Part shown: in pieces, positions 37,978 to 52,277 of the stretch
How positions within the stretch are numbered: the stretch's first letter is position 1
How the letters are laid out: every line of letters begins with the position of its first letter
Source of the DNA: Azolla caroliniana
Lineage: Eukaryota > Plantae > Polypodiophyta
Reading direction: 5' to 3'
Assembly (NCBI GenBank): GCA_043228905.1
Contig: JBHGNT010000006.1
Span: forward strand, 19,034,001-19,098,000
DNA length: 64,000 nucleotides
Made by a program: the position numbers and the translations under genes
Notes under the pieces: model-generated
The model's input: the letters and a program-made list of their open reading frames with translations, nothing else
The model's database searches: none
What the model was told of the DNA's origin: nothing

Positions 37978-38750
37978 TGTCATAGTGTATTTCATACACT
38001 ACGTGAAAAATGTATAAAATAACCGATTGAATAAATATGAAGAAAAAAAATGAAATATCAAAATATATATTACATGCATAGGGTAAGATTCGAACCTTAC
38101 ACCTCCATGTTAATAATTTAAAGACTTACCATTACACTAACACATCATAAGTGTTAAAAAAGTAGATATCCCACAAAGAAAGCTTATTTCACGCATATTT
38201 TCTAGGAAAAAGCTTTAGTTAGAAGAAAAACACATGATAGAAAAAAGCTACACATGCACATTTAGCGTGCATGAACACTATAGTCGATAAAAACGCATGA
38301 GGTTAGAAAAAGCATGATCACTTTTAGAAAATGTTAGAGAAAGCATATAGTCTATAGTTAGAGAAAAAGCATGGATTGTTATGACTCTCTCATCACTATA
38401 TAAGGATGTGGAGCACAATGTAATAAGGGGTGTGAAAACTTTGGAAATTGGATATATTTCTAAAAAACACCAATTAATAAACTATATTCATGGGATTCAT
38501 GAAATAAACTATACTCGTGGGAGTCGCAAGGTTTCTATTTCTCTCTCTTTCAATCCAAATTCATAATCTTATCTTAATATTGATTAATCTAATAAAATAC
38601 ATTATACTCGTGGGATTCACGAGGTTTTTATATCTCTTTCTTAAAATCTATTCATAACTGGATTCGTCTTAAATTCTTCCTCCTCCTAGTCCAAAACCCC
38701 AACGGTTCCCACCCGACTCACGCAATGATCTGGCGCCGAAAGGCACGACA
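37978..38750 (+). mobile_element. Solo-type LTR, same family as 2091-2898
   Basis: TGTCATAGTGTA...GGCACGACA; flanks ACAT and ACGC; antisense A/B box at about 38075-38146. Confidence 0.8.
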
Positions 38751-40720
38751 ACGCTTTGTTTGGTGAGTGTCGATTCTAATGTATACTCCGAGAGAGATGG
38801 AACGTTGAGACATGGTTTTCGTTGAGCCAATAAAGCCAAAGGGCGATGATCAGCAAGAGCCTAATCGTTTGATGAAGGTACCGCTAAAAAGGGTAGAGTC
38901 GCAATAGATAGAGTCAAAACGACCAAATGGCCCAAGCAAGATACGGTATTGAAAGGCTGAGCCGAACCGGCCAAGGTACAAACCCCTCTGTCAACCAATC
39001 CTGAAGAAGGAGAGGATGATTCAACATCGCCGAAATCCTATTTTAGGGGTGCGTCATCCCAAAGGACTCCTAAAGATGGTTCAATTAATGCCAATTGGAC
39101 ATCAAAACCGATCGAAGGATTCAAATCGACAAAATTGGCACCCATGAGATCCGGATAAGTTGGAAGGCCAACAGAATTTTATCAATCGGGTGTCAACTAC
39201 GTCAACTACATGGATGTAGGAGAACCTAGCTCCTATGATGAAGTTATAGCCACACTGGACACCAACACGTGGCTACAAACTATGAGATTTGATATGGACT
39301 CGGTCAAGGAAAATAAGACATGGTAGTTGGTCGAACTACCAGCTGATCGGAAGCCGATACCGTGCAAATGGGTCTACCAATACAAGTATGTATCCAGTTT
39401 GGAAAGACCCAAGTATAAAGCTCGACTCATCACCAAATGTTTCAAACAGGAACATGGGGTCGACTATGATGAGATCTTCTCGTTGGTAGTCAAGGTGACC
39501 ACCCTTCGGCTCCCACTCGGGGTCGTGGCGACGGAAGACCTAGAGCTCAAACAATTGGACGACAATACGGCTTTCCTTCACGGAGATCTACATGAAGAAA
39601 TCTATATATCTCAACCAGCATGCTTCACAACAGGAGGGAAGCAAACTCATCTCGTCAACAAGCTTAAGAAGATCCTATATGGCCTAAAGCAAGCATCGAG
39701 AATGTGGTATCAATAGTTCGCTATCTACATCCGGCAACTCAGCTACAATGGTCAGACTTTGACCCATGCATGTACATTCGGCAACTGGATGATGAGTCCC
39801 GGATCTATCTAATCTTGTATGTCGACGACATGCACATTGCCAGAAGCAATTGAACAAAGATTGAAGAATTAAAGCAAAGTCTTTGCGACAAGTTTGCAAT
39901 GAAGGAACTCGGACAAGCCTGACACATACTGGGCATGTGGATAGAGCGAAATCAGCCAACAAAGACCATCCGGCTCTCCCAGTCTGATTATATCCGAAAG
40001 GTGCTTAGAAGGTTCAACATGGAGAACGTGAAACTAGCATCCAATGCCAACCCTCTATTGCGACTCTCAGAGCGCAAGATGCCTCATCTAGAATCTGGTA
40101 TATCATGCTAAGATGAAGCACATTGAGGTGTGGTACCATCATATTCTAGAGCTTGTCTCTGACAAGAAGCTCGAAGTCTGCAAGCTGGATACCGACGTGA
40201 ACATCGCCGATAGCCCGACAAAGCCACTCCCAGATCAACGCTTCAACACACTAAGAGGACATATGGGACTACAATAAACGAGTGAGCAAAGAAGAGCCGA
40301 ATAAAAAGCAGAAAGTAAGTCAAAGAACGACACGACTAGACAAGTTGAAAAGGCGAAGTCGAAGGAGCCAGATAAGCCTGAAGGTTGTAGATGCTACTGA
40401 TTGCAAGGAAACTAAAAGGACAGAAGACGGTCAAGGGTCAAATGGAACTGAAAGCCGATCGACAATCCATTGGAGAGCACGGGAACTAGTGCGCATGGGA
40501 AAGCGATGGCCTAGAGGCCAAAAATCGAATCAACTACTATCTTATTCGAAGATTAGCCGATCAGCTAAAGCCGGCTTTACCTCTGTCAAGTCCGCCACTA
40601 GCCGATCGGCTTGAAACATACACTATAGTTTAATTTTAATTTGTAATTTAAGCTTACGGGGGAGATAACCCCATATCATTGTATGTAGACACAGTAGTCC
40701 TTTTTCATATCTGTAGATGT
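38751..40720 (+). mobile_element. Old copia fragment K (RT-RNase H, C family)
   Basis: KPIPCKWV, YKARL, AFLHGDL, LYGLKQ; RNase H remnant similar to 17100-17340. Confidence 0.8.
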
Positions 40721-41944
40721 TTCAATGTAGGAGGCGAGTTTGAATGTCGGGGTGACCTTTTGCTTCCCTTTCTCTTCCTTCATCACCTTCGTAACAATTC
40801 ATTTTGTTTCCTATCTCTTTTGTTCTTGGTGTCGAATACAAGTACATAATGGATGTATTCACATTGTACCATTGGACAAACTAGGTCTAGGACATGTTTG
40901 TAAATTTTGGAAAGGGAATTTGCCCTAGTTCAATTTGTATTGAAACTGAACTTTGTAACCTAGTTGAGAGTTGTTGTTGCCGCCATTCTTTGTAACTTAA
41001 GTCTTGCATAATACAGTTACATAGTTGTGCCTCTTCATCTCTCCTTATCATATTAACTTGATCTTGATTCTTGTTTAAGTTATCTTTGCCTTTTAATCTG
41101 TTCATGTTGGTTCACCTCTATCATCACTTGTTGATCTTCATCACATGGTGTTGTTCATGTTTCCGCACTAACTGTCATTGTTCTCAACATATGGTATCAG
41201 AGCTTGGTTTTATATTCAACTGTCGGCCGTAATCTCATCTTCATCAACACTCCTCTGGTACTCCCCTGAATATCTTTCAGTCGATTTGTTTGTTGGAATA
41301 GATTTTGAGATTTTAGTTGGACTAAAATCTTCTAGGCGACAACTTCCACAAGATAGCACTCTGTGAGAAGAAACATTTGAAAAAACTACATTCCATTGAG
41401 CTAGTCAAGGTCGATTGTCGTGCCCTTAAAGCAAAGAATGACAAAGTTCAGTGAGTTGATCTGAAGGGGGTGCCGACAGGAGGAGGTCAACTACATTGGT
41501 TCATCAGCCAAAGTATTGACGGACAACCCGGCTCATCAGCCGAAGTTCTGCTTACGACTAAGGAATCAAGTACATGGCTCTTGAATTCGGGTGCTTCCTA
41601 TCACGTGACCCCTCTCACAATTCCATCAATATTTGGCCCAACATTCCAATTCAATCTGAGTAAAAAATTCGCAACATTGCACTATAATCGAAATCGACAC
41701 AATAGAGCTCAACCTTCTGAGTGGCTCTACATTAGTACTACATGATGTCCGACACGTTCCTGAGCTCTCAAGACTGTTGATCTCGGTTGGACAACTTGAC
41801 AAAGACTACATCCATACTTGCTTCTCATCAAGAGGATAGACACTCCACAGGAGGGAACCTCCAACTTGCTAGAGGTTCGAAAGTACATTCTTTGTACCCG
41901 TTATATGTCATACTCAGAGAGGGTGACTTGTTTCAGTTGATATC
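40721..41944 (+). mobile_element. LTR end, PBS and internally deleted copia fragment L
   Basis: CAACA at 41189, TGGTATCAGAGC at 41192-41203, WLLNSGASYHVTP protease remnant. LTR left boundary not determined. Confidence 0.65.
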
Positions 41945-44861
41945 TGTAAAAACGAAGGTGTGGAAGCTTTAGACAACCGGCTTAGCCGGATAGCAACAGA
42001 GAGAGAGATTAACACACAGAGGGTACGCAGGAGAGACAGAGAGAGCAGAACATAAATCTATTATCAAAAACTCTATAAAATACTCTATACATACAACGTG
42101 CTCAACATCACTATTTATACAAGTCCTAAGAGGACTAACAAAAGTACGGTGTACTTCAATGCTCACATGAGCGTTTGACACTAACTACGAGCCATTAACT
42201 ACCTAGTAGTCTAGGCTGCTATTAGGCTTCCGGTTACTGCTGGATCTGGTTAACCGGCTCCCCAGCTCACCGGCTCACCGATCCGGCTCATCCTTCCGGA
42301 TGCCGATCCAGCTCAAGCTTATTCAGCCGATCTGGATACGGTTGAGCTTGCCGCTCAACACTCCCCCTCAAGCTCAACTTGAGGTCGGATCGTAGTGTCA
42401 GTCTCCATGGCACCCAGTCCTTCCCCCTGGCTCCTTTTGGCGTCACACCGCCTCACTCACGCTCCTTGTCTAGTTCGGTCCCGTTTGCCGCGACCCTTCT
42501 GATTTTGCGCACCTCGACCTCCTCAATCGGCTTGTCTGCTCAACAACCCCAATTCAGCTCCCTCGCTGCTATGACTTTGGCGCTTGCCGATTCGCCAATT
42601 CCTTCATGTTGGCATCAACTTTCGCTGCCTTCTCATCCTCTTGGCCTTGAATTGATCCAGTTCTTCCGAATCCGTATGTTGAACAGAATCAGTTGTCTCC
42701 GATTTGTTCCAGCTCTTGTCTGAATCGGTCACTCCCGATTCGTCTTTCGGTTCCAGGCCCTTCACCACATCGGACCATGTCCGGGTCTTGGCCTTCTTCT
42801 TCCGGTTGGCTCTGTCCTTCTTGACTCTGCCGCCGCTGCCGCTTGTTCCGACTTGTTCGGATGTGTCAACTTCCTTTGTCGACTCGACTCCTTTCTTCTT
42901 CTTGTTTCTCCCTTTGTCGGTTCTTCCCTCACCAGCACAATCGGCAGTTTCTTTGCCTTTGCCTGTTCCAGTGTCTTTGCCCGTTCTCCCCCTCAAGTGT
43001 GGCACGTTGAGATGATGAACACCAAGCATTTTGGTGAAGTGCTGCAACTTGTCTGATCCGAGCGGTTTGGTGAAGATGTCAGCAATTTGTTGATCCGTAT
43101 GAACATACTGAAGTTCGACTTCATCGCTCAGGACACGTTCACGCACGAAGTGGTAGTGCACTTCTATGTGCTTTGTGCGAGCATGGAATACGGGGTTCTT
43201 GGTGAGTTGCATGCTGCTTATGTTGTCGCAGTAGATCAAGATCGGGGTCAACACCTCAATCTCCAGGTCTTGCAACTGTCGCCGAAGCCAAATGGCTTCA
43301 TAGGTGGCAATGGTAGCACCCCGGTATTCAGCCTCAGTGCTCAAAAGGGCCACTGTTGGCTTCTTTTTGTTGCTCCACGCAACAGTCGTGCTACCAAGGG
43401 AAAACATATAGCCGGAAGTGGATCGGCGATCTGATGCATCGTCAGCCCAATCCGCATTGGTGTAGCCGACTAGCTCTTCGGTTATACCATGCCGATATAA
43501 CAATCCACGGTCCTTCGTGCTGCTCACATATCGCAAAATTCGATGTGCACGCAGATGGTGCTCCACAGTTAGCTTCTACATATATTGGTTGATCACGCCG
43601 ACCGGATAACTGATGTCGGGTTGGGTGATTGTCAAATATATAAGGCTTCCAACGATTTGTCGAAACCTCTTCTCATCGCAGGCCGGTTCGAAGTCAGGAC
43701 CGAGCTTCTAGTTCCGGTCCAAGGGTATGGATATCGGTCGACATTCCGTCATGCCGAACTTGTACAGCATATTCAACACATAGTGTCTTTGTGAGAGCAA
43801 TATGCCATCGGGGGTTCGGATCACCTCGATCCCAAGGAAATAGTGAAGGTCCCCCAGGTCCTTCATCTCAAATGCGTCCGACAGCTAAGACTTGACTCAG
43901 CTGATTTCATCGAGTCCGGGTCCGGTGATGACTAGATCATCAACATACAACAAGATGCAAACCGAACCGTCCGGACCTTGCCGGATGAACAGCGAAGAGT
44001 CGGACTTGGAGTCTGAAAACCCCATCTTACACAACTGGTCCGTGATCTTCGCATTCCAAGCTTGGGGGGCTTGCTTCAGGCCATAAAGTGACTTCTTCAG
44101 TCGGCATACCGCTGACTTGTTCATCTCCGACTGGAAATCGGGGGGTTGGGTCATAAAGACCTCTTCTTCAAGATCGCTTTGAAGAAATGCATTCTTCACG
44201 TCCATTTTGGTGAAGATGCCACCCCATTGCCGCAACAACCGCCAGCACCACACGAACCATCGTCATCTTAGCTACCGGAGCGAAGGTCTCATCGTAGTCG
44301 ATTCCGTGGGTCTGCGTGTATCCCTTCGCCACTAACCGGGCCTTGTACCAGTTAACCGAACCGTCGACATTGTACTTTACTGTTAAGAGTCTATTACTAA
44401 TCAATAGACCAAATCAAGTAAAAAGGAAGAAAATAGATTGGATAGAAGAACCCGTTCAACCCGACCACCCCCGAGCTATGATCTAGACATAGCCAACCTA
44501 CCACCGATGTCCCATACCGCCGGATATTAGGATGACTAATACCTTGGAAGAGATAAACACGATCGTCGAGACGAAAGCCTAGCCCGCACCACCGGTGTCT
44601 ACGACAGCAGCCTTCCGACGTGATGATCCTTATGAGGGTAGCTAAGCCTCATATTTATACCTTTTCCTAGGCCCCTTGAATAGATGTGCCTTTCTAAAAG
44701 GCTCTCTATTCATTGGTTGTCTAAATCATGATAGTGCATGCACATATCATTCATTCTATCCAATCATTAGTCCCCTTTTTAATAATAGTGAACATACCCT
44801 TCACTAATGTAAATATTAGTGACCTACCCTCACCAACGTTATGTGTACATAACATACTCCC

Positions 44862-47800
44862 CTACTTCAAAAGATTGCACTCTTGCAATATAAAGTGAGG
44901 AAATTGTGCCTTAAGTGAATGCTCGCGTTCCCATGTGGCATCATCAATAGGTTTATCCATCCATTTGATCTTGAATAGCCGAATCTCTTTAGAACGTAAA
45001 CGTTTAGTACGAGAATCAAGAATTCGTTCAGGAACATGAGGTTTGTAAGAAAAATCCTCTAATGTTACAAGATCTTGGATTGTGATGGTGTTATCACCAG
45101 AGCCTAAAAATGGTTTTAGACCACTGACGTGAAAAACAGGATGAATACCAACGTTACGAGGTAAGGCAAGGTGATAAGCAGATGACCCAACTCGCTTAAG
45201 GATTTCAAATGGGCCACAATATCGTGGGGCTAACTTAGCGCACTTGCCCGTAGATAATGACGTAGAATCAGTCGGGACACGCAAAAAAACTTTTTGACCA
45301 ATAGTAAATGCACGAGGACGTCTATCCTGATCAGCATAAAATCGAGCACGATCTTGAGCTGTGTTGACATTTTCTTTGGCAATATGCAACATTTGGTTCA
45401 TGTCTTGCAAAAAATTGCGTGTACTGTCTAATGTATCACGATGAATCGTGACATCAACTGGGGCACGTGGCTGAAAACCATACATCAACATAAAAGGACT
45501 ATATCCAGTGGATGTATGTTTAGAGCTATTATAGGCAAATTCTAAGATAGGAAGGTATTGCTCCCACTTAGAAGGGGTTTTTGCTACATAAGCTCGAAGC
45601 ATGTCCTCAATAATTTGATTAACTCGTTCAGTTTGTCCATCAGACTGAGGATGATCTGCGGAACTCATGCTCAACGTAGTTTCTAGTTTCTTAAAGACCT
45701 GAGTCCAAAAGTCACTAGTAAACTTGGAATCTCGATCACTAACAATATCCATCGGTAATCCATAAAAACGAAATAACTCATCAACAAATTGATAAGCCAA
45801 CTGTTGAGCGGTTACCGTGGTTTTTGTAGGAATAAATCTAGCTAATTTTGTTAGCCTGTCAACGACAACCCATATGGCATCATGACCCCTCTGTGTACGA
45901 GGTAAACTAACAATAAAATCCATCGAGATACTTTCCCATTTATTGTTGGGAATCTAAGGGATGTAAAAGACCAGCAGCTTTAAGTCGTTCCGACTTATTA
46001 ATCTGACATTGTAAGCATTGAGTTACGTATTTATGCACGTCAGAGCGCATCTTAGGCCAGAAAAAAGTACACGAGATGAGAACGAGTGTGCGTTGTATTC
46101 CAGGATGACCAGCAGATGGTGCATCATGACATTCATGAAAAATTTTCTGTTTAACATTTGGTAAATCCGGAACACAGACCTTTCCACTACGGTAGAGCAA
46201 ACCGTTTGTAATGTGAAAGGTCGCCTTCGAGGGTAGGGTGCTAGTATCGGCATCTAAACCAGATTCGGCTTTCGTCCAGTATTTTGAGAAATAACTGTCA
46301 TCAAGGTATTTCCCTCGAAGGTGATCTAAAAGATCAGATTTTATTTCCGTGAAGCTAAGCATGTTAACTTCTTTAATGCGACTAAGAGCATCAGCAACGG
46401 TGTTCATAGAACCCTTGTGATATCGTATGGAAAAATCAAAATCTTGCATAAGGTCAACCCAACGGCCTTTACGACCAACAAGATCGGGCTGGTCACAAAA
46501 ATACTTTAATGATTGATGGTCTGTTGTAACCACAAATTTATTTCCATAGAGATAGTGCCTCCATGTTTTAAGTGCGTGTATCACCGCAAACAACTCTTTC
46601 TCTTGAACCGAATACCGAGATTGAGCAGCATCAAGCTTCTTACTTTCAAAAGCAATAGGGTGACCACCTTGATAAAGAACGGCACCAATAGCATAATCAC
46701 TAGCATCGGTTTCAATTGAGAAAGGCTTAGAAGGGTCTGGTAATAGAAGAGTGGGAGCCTGACACACATGCTCCTTGAGTGTCTCAAATGATTTGTCAAG
46801 TTGTTCATTCCATGAAATTGGTTTGACAGACTTACGTGGATGACCTTTTAAAAGGTCAGTTAATGGCGTAGTCAATTTGGAATAGTTACGAATTGATTTT
46901 CGTAAAAATCCAACAAACCCTAAGAATGACCTAAGTTCACGAATATTACGAGGAATGGGCCAAAGTTTAACCTTTTCAATACGAGAAGGTTCAATTTCAA
47001 CGCCATTTTCTGTAATTAAATGACCTAGGTACACAATAGATTTTTGGAAGAAGTCACATTTAGAATGTTTTGCATAGAAAGAGTTGTCACGCAACTTTCG
47101 CAAAACAAATCGAACATGTTGAACATGATCTTGCAAGGTACGGCTATATATCAAAATATCATCCAAGAAGACGACAACAAAATCACCGAGTTGATCTCGG
47201 AAAACATCATTCATCGCTTGTTGGAATGTGGCTGGAGCATTAGTCAACCCAAACGGCATGACTAAAAACTCATAATGGCCATAGCGCGTACGAAAAGCGG
47301 TTTTAGGAATATCATCCTCGGCGATGTGAATCTGATGATAACCAATTCGTAAGTCAATTTTCGTAAAATATCGAGCCCCGTGCAAACGGTCAATCAAATC
47401 ATCGGCACGAGGTAATGGATATGCATTCTTAATTGTCATTTTATTCAAACGGCGATAATTGATACACATTCGCCACGAACCTTCCTTCTTCTTGACTAAT
47501 AGAACTGGCGCACCCCAAGGTGATTTACTATACCTAATGTGGCCCATACTCAAGTATTCCTTAAGTTGTTTAGCGATCTCATCCTCTTCTAATCGACTAA
47601 GTCGGTAAGGTGGAATGCTCACAGGAGCAGCCCCAGGGATGAGTTCAATTTGATGGTCCACATTACGTTTAGGTGGTAAAGTAAGCGGTAATTCAGTAGG
47701 AAACACATCTTGAAAATCCTCTAAAATAGAGTCGAGTAATCGTTGCTCAAAATGTGGTAATTGTGTGGCGTCAATATTAAAATAATAAAATTGAACCGCA

Positions 47801-49264
47801 GGATCAATTACACACGAATAAATTAATGAACTAGAATACTCACTTAAAGATTTAGAAGACACAAGTGAATGAGAAGGAAGTTTGGAACATTGAATAAAAT
47901 GTTTACAATTATTAAGTTCAAATGTGATTGAGTGATTAACCCAATCAATGGACAAAGAAGGGTTTTTATTAAAAAACCAAGGATATCCTAAAATGACATC
48001 TGCGGATTGTAATTTCATAACATGAAAGTCAAGCTTCTCCAAATAAGTATCTATTTGAATTGGCAGTTGACAAACAATGCCACTGATGTATTGAACGTTT
48101 CCATTTGCCATGTGAACTTGATAGATATGATCACTTGCGTTTATGTGGAGCTCCATTTGCTGCACAAAGTGATCATTAAGAAAATTGTGAGAACTACCGG
48201 AATCAAACAAGAAATGTGCTTGTGTTCCATTGATATATCCGACTGCTCGGAGTAAATCATTAGGTCCAAGTAAATGTGAAGGAAAAGTGCATTCACATAA
48301 ACTTAAGTGATTGGTATGAACTTCAACAATATCAAAAGACTCACCTGTGTGACTCGTAGATTTGTCTTGAGGAGGGGTGTTCATTGACTTCCTCTCAAGA
48401 CGACGACAGGTATCCTTTGTGTGGCCCCGCTTCTTGCAATATGCACAGAAGAGGTTCGGTTTCTTTGAGTCGCGGTCAAGAGTGTCACTGGATTGCTTAC
48501 GTTTCCCAATGAACTTGACATTCGGAGTTTTGGCGAACTCAGGTTTATTGTGGTCTTTCTTGGAAGTCCTATGGTATCGCAGCACAATGTTGACGGCTTC
48601 CTCGAAAGTTGTGGGGTCCTTGTCATGGACAATCCAATGATAATCCCCATTGGGAATACCATTCAAAAAACAAGCGACAAACCATTTCTCACCCGTAAGT
48701 CCCGATTTTTGGATCTGGGTCCGAGCGTGATGCACATAATCCTCGAGAGAGGTAAATGGCTTACTAGACAATGTGAGCAAGTGTTGCGCTTGTTCGGTTT
48801 GAGAAGGTGGCTGCAAGAATTGTTTCTTAAAAACATCAATGAAACCTTCCCAAGTTGTGGGTAAGTTTTTTGCGGTCCTTAGGCCACGCCACCAAGCAGC
48901 AGCTCGGCCACCTAACTCACGACCGACATAACCAATTTTTTACTGCATCGGGCTTGGGATGAAGCTCAAAGTGAGACTCCCAACGACCAAGCCAAGTGCT
49001 AATAGCCTCCTCGGTTCTTTCTTTCTTATCTCCCTTGAAAGGCGTGACTACGAAGGAAGGTTCACCTTCTTTCTTGGACTCAATAGTTAATTCTTGGAAT
49101 TTCTTTTCCAATGCCATATTGGCCTGTCTCATTTCGGCCAATTGATTCAAGGTAGTAGTGAGCAATTGCTCAATAGTGATCTCAGCTTGTGTGCGAGATG
49201 CGGATTGGGGTTGAGAGGTCTCATTTGGAGAGATCGTTCCAACTGCGTTCAAAACTTGTTCCAT
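44862..49264 (-). pseudogene. pol: Gypsy I gag-pol, with frameshifts near 48940 and 45945
   Basis: CAYCKKRGHTKDTC, FDSGSS, FLDDIL, ETDASDYAIG, MDFIVSLP, HPQSDGQTER, GPF and PERILDSR...IKW...ATWE. Confidence 0.93.
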
Positions 49265-50258
49265 GATGCACGATGTGGGTATGCAATAAAATAAGGCGGT
49301 TCAGAAAATACACAAGCAAAATGAATGCTTGAAATTTTGATTGAAAGAACTTTATCCAAGAAAGTATCTCATGTCTTTACCCCTCTAGACATATGAGATG
49401 TGATTCGAGATCCGATAACTATGGTAACACTATGGTGTTTTAAAAACCATGGGGGAAAACATAGCTAAGATGTATTTCTCGGATCTCTATCTTGAGTAAT
49501 CATGGCGGCTCCCCGAGGCTCAACCATGGTTCTTACATCAATGAAATTTCCTAGATAGCCTTATATTAATGCCAACCCATCATGTATTATATGGTCGAGA
49601 AAGTGTATTACGTGAAAAAACAAGTGCACTCACAAGTAATATTCTAGTCTTGCGAGCAATAAGCAAACGTGATGATAAAATGATAAAATAAGGCACTACT
49701 CATAAGAGTTAAGTAGTGACGAAAACAAGGGTAAAAAAAAAAGAACCCATGTGTTACCTACGAAAAAAACAATGTCACAAATAAATGGGAAGTGCAAGGT
49801 ATGCACATATACATCCCAATATGATTGTTATAACTTGCACAATTGTGACATAAGCCACAAATTGATACAAGTGATGACGGTGTTGTGCGCAAAGATGTAA
49901 TACTCAAATCCATGAGTAAAACATCAATAAGGGAACTCATATGGTTTTACTCGTTTTCTAAGGCTTGATGATAAGAGTTAAACCTAGATGACCCGTTGAA
50001 AAAAAATCGTTCAACAAGCCACTCCATACGAAAAAATAGTCTACACGTAAAGGTTACATTAAAATTAAACGATGTAAATACTTTATACATGAAAAGGAAG
50101 TGGAAAAAGAAGAGTTAATTGTGAGCGGGTAAATAATAATTACTAGAAAATCATATAAGTGAAACAATACTTATGAAATTAAAATTTAATTAGAATAATC
50201 AACAATTAGGTGTATGGAATCAAACATGCCCTAAGATACGAAACCCTAGGGTAGTTGA

Positions 50259-50500
50259 CATGCACCTCCTCAAGACCACCACATATCCCTAGAATCGGCC
50301 AAGTAATGGCTAATTAAAGAGGAAAGTGGCATAGGTAAGTGACATATACCTCGTCAAGGCCACATCATCCCTTAGAATCGGCCAATTGATGGCTAATTAA
50401 AAAGGAAAGTGGCATATGTAAGCTACATATACCTCGTCAAGGCCACATCATCCCTTAGAATCGGCCAAGTGATGGCTCAATAGAGGGGAAGAGTGGTATA
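50259..50500. repeat. Three tandem repeats of about 83 bp in the Gypsy I leader
   Basis: Units start near 50259, 50343 and 50426, with core CCCT(T)AGAATCGGCCAA. Confidence 0.85.
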
Positions 50501-52277
50501 CTCAACATCATATGCAAAACGGCCATGAGATAAGCGTGTGCGATTAGAGCAAACACGGTCGACCCAATGCACAAGAATAATTATTATCGTAAGAGTTCAA
50601 GAGAGGAGAGAGTGGGATATATATCGCAATATGCAAAAGGCCATGAGTTGAGCGTGTGCGATTAGTGCAAACACGCTCGGCCCGATGCATAATAATAAGT
50701 AAAATCGTAGCGTAGTAGGAGGTAGAAAGAAAGAGAATAAAACGTAATACCAATTTGATTCGACCATAAAGAACGCATAATAGAAAAAGAGAAGAGATCA
50801 AAAAAGAAGAATACCGGGTTTAGAGTGTTGTTTTGATCTTGAGAAGAGCATGACGAGCCTTGTTAGATCTCCCTCGCTCACACGCAAAAAACATCAAAAC
50901 AACAAAAAAATTGTTAGTAAAAGCTCTGATACCACTGTTAAGAGTCTATTACTAATCAATAGACCAAATCAAGTAAAAAGGAAGAAAATAGATTGGATAG
51001 AAGAACCCGTTCCACCCGACCACCCCCGAGCTATGATCTAGACATAGCCAACCTACCACCGACGTCCCATACCGCCGGATATTAGGATGACTAATACCTT
51101 GGAAGAGATAAACACGATCGTCGAGACGAAAGCCTAGCCTGCACCACCGGTGTCTACGACAGCAGCCTTCCGACGTGAGGATCCTTATGAGGGTAGCTAA
51201 GCCTCATATTTATACCTTTTCCTAGGCCCCTTGAATAGATGTGCCTTTCTAAAAGGCTCTCTATTCATTGGTTGTCTAAATCATGATAGTGCATGCACAT
51301 ATCATTCATTCTATCCAATCATTAGTCCCCTTTTTAATAATAGTGAACATACCCTTCACTAATGTAAATATTAGTGACCTACCCTCACCAACGTTATGTG
51401 TACATAACATTTACCTTGTACACCCACTTACATCCGATCGGTTTAAAGTGTCGGGGAGGGTCAACTAGGTCCCATGTGTCGTTGGCATTCAGTGCCCGCA
51501 TTTCTTCCTCCATAGCGGCACACCAATTTGCGTCCTTTGCCGCTTCTGCGTAGCTCTCCGGCTCACGCTCTTCCGCCACCTTGGTCATGTACACATATTG
51601 ATGTGCCATGTACTCATTGTACCCGTACCGCTTCACGGGGTTCTTTTGGCGGGAAGACCGACATAATCTATCGTTACCCGGTTTTAGGCCCTTCTTGTCC
51701 GGTTCAGACTTCGTTCCCGAAGATCTGCCTTCATCCTTTCTGGAGTCGGATTCACTCCGATTGTTACTCGGACCCGGACAGTCAGTTTTACCGAACAAGT
51801 GGGAAAGCGTCGAAAACAGAGTCGGTTCGGATCGACTGTTCGGATCAATGACTCAGCAGTAAACGAAGAGAACTAAGTTAGTTAGATAATTTTGTAAATC
51901 TTGATAGTAAGTAGGAATAGTTCTTGATGAGAAAAGACCTTCGGTATACCTATAAAAGGGAACCGAAGGCATTGTAAGAAAGGTCGTTTTATTTAGTAAT
52001 ATAAGTTTAAGTTAGGAATATCCTGTACGGATTCTGTGTTCTTTCTATTGTCTATGTTCTTAAGTGCAAGCTTCCTAATTTATAACTAAGTAACGATCAC
52101 GGTAATTACCGATTAATATAGTATAATTCCGTTCGTAAAACACAATTCCTTGTTAGAACGTTGAGTAGCGACGTTCACTCTTCTATATTGGTAGTAGTTA
52201 GTAATTAGCCGATTAACACAGAAGAATTTTGGCACGCCCGGTTACATCTGCAATTAAGCAGAGAACAATTCGAATGG

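Larger units (their letters stand above)
44381..51409 (-). mobile_element. Full-length Ty3/Gypsy chromovirus I (group II chromodomain)
   Basis: TSD TTTAC; 474-bp LTRs 44381-44854 and 50936-51409 with about 4 differences; PBS TGGTATCAGAGC at 50923-50934; PPT GAAGTAGGGGAG. Confidence 0.96.

Noticed and set aside
38083-38100. Apparent compensatory change in the T-stem (GCAGG/CCTGC vs GTAAG/CTTAC)
   Set aside because: All four changes are C>T or G>A at CAG/CTG sites and can be explained by methylcytosine deamination, so they are not evidence of structural selection.
50259-50700. CRISPR-like array
   Set aside because: Whole units are repeated without unique spacers; eukaryotic retroelement context and no cas genes.
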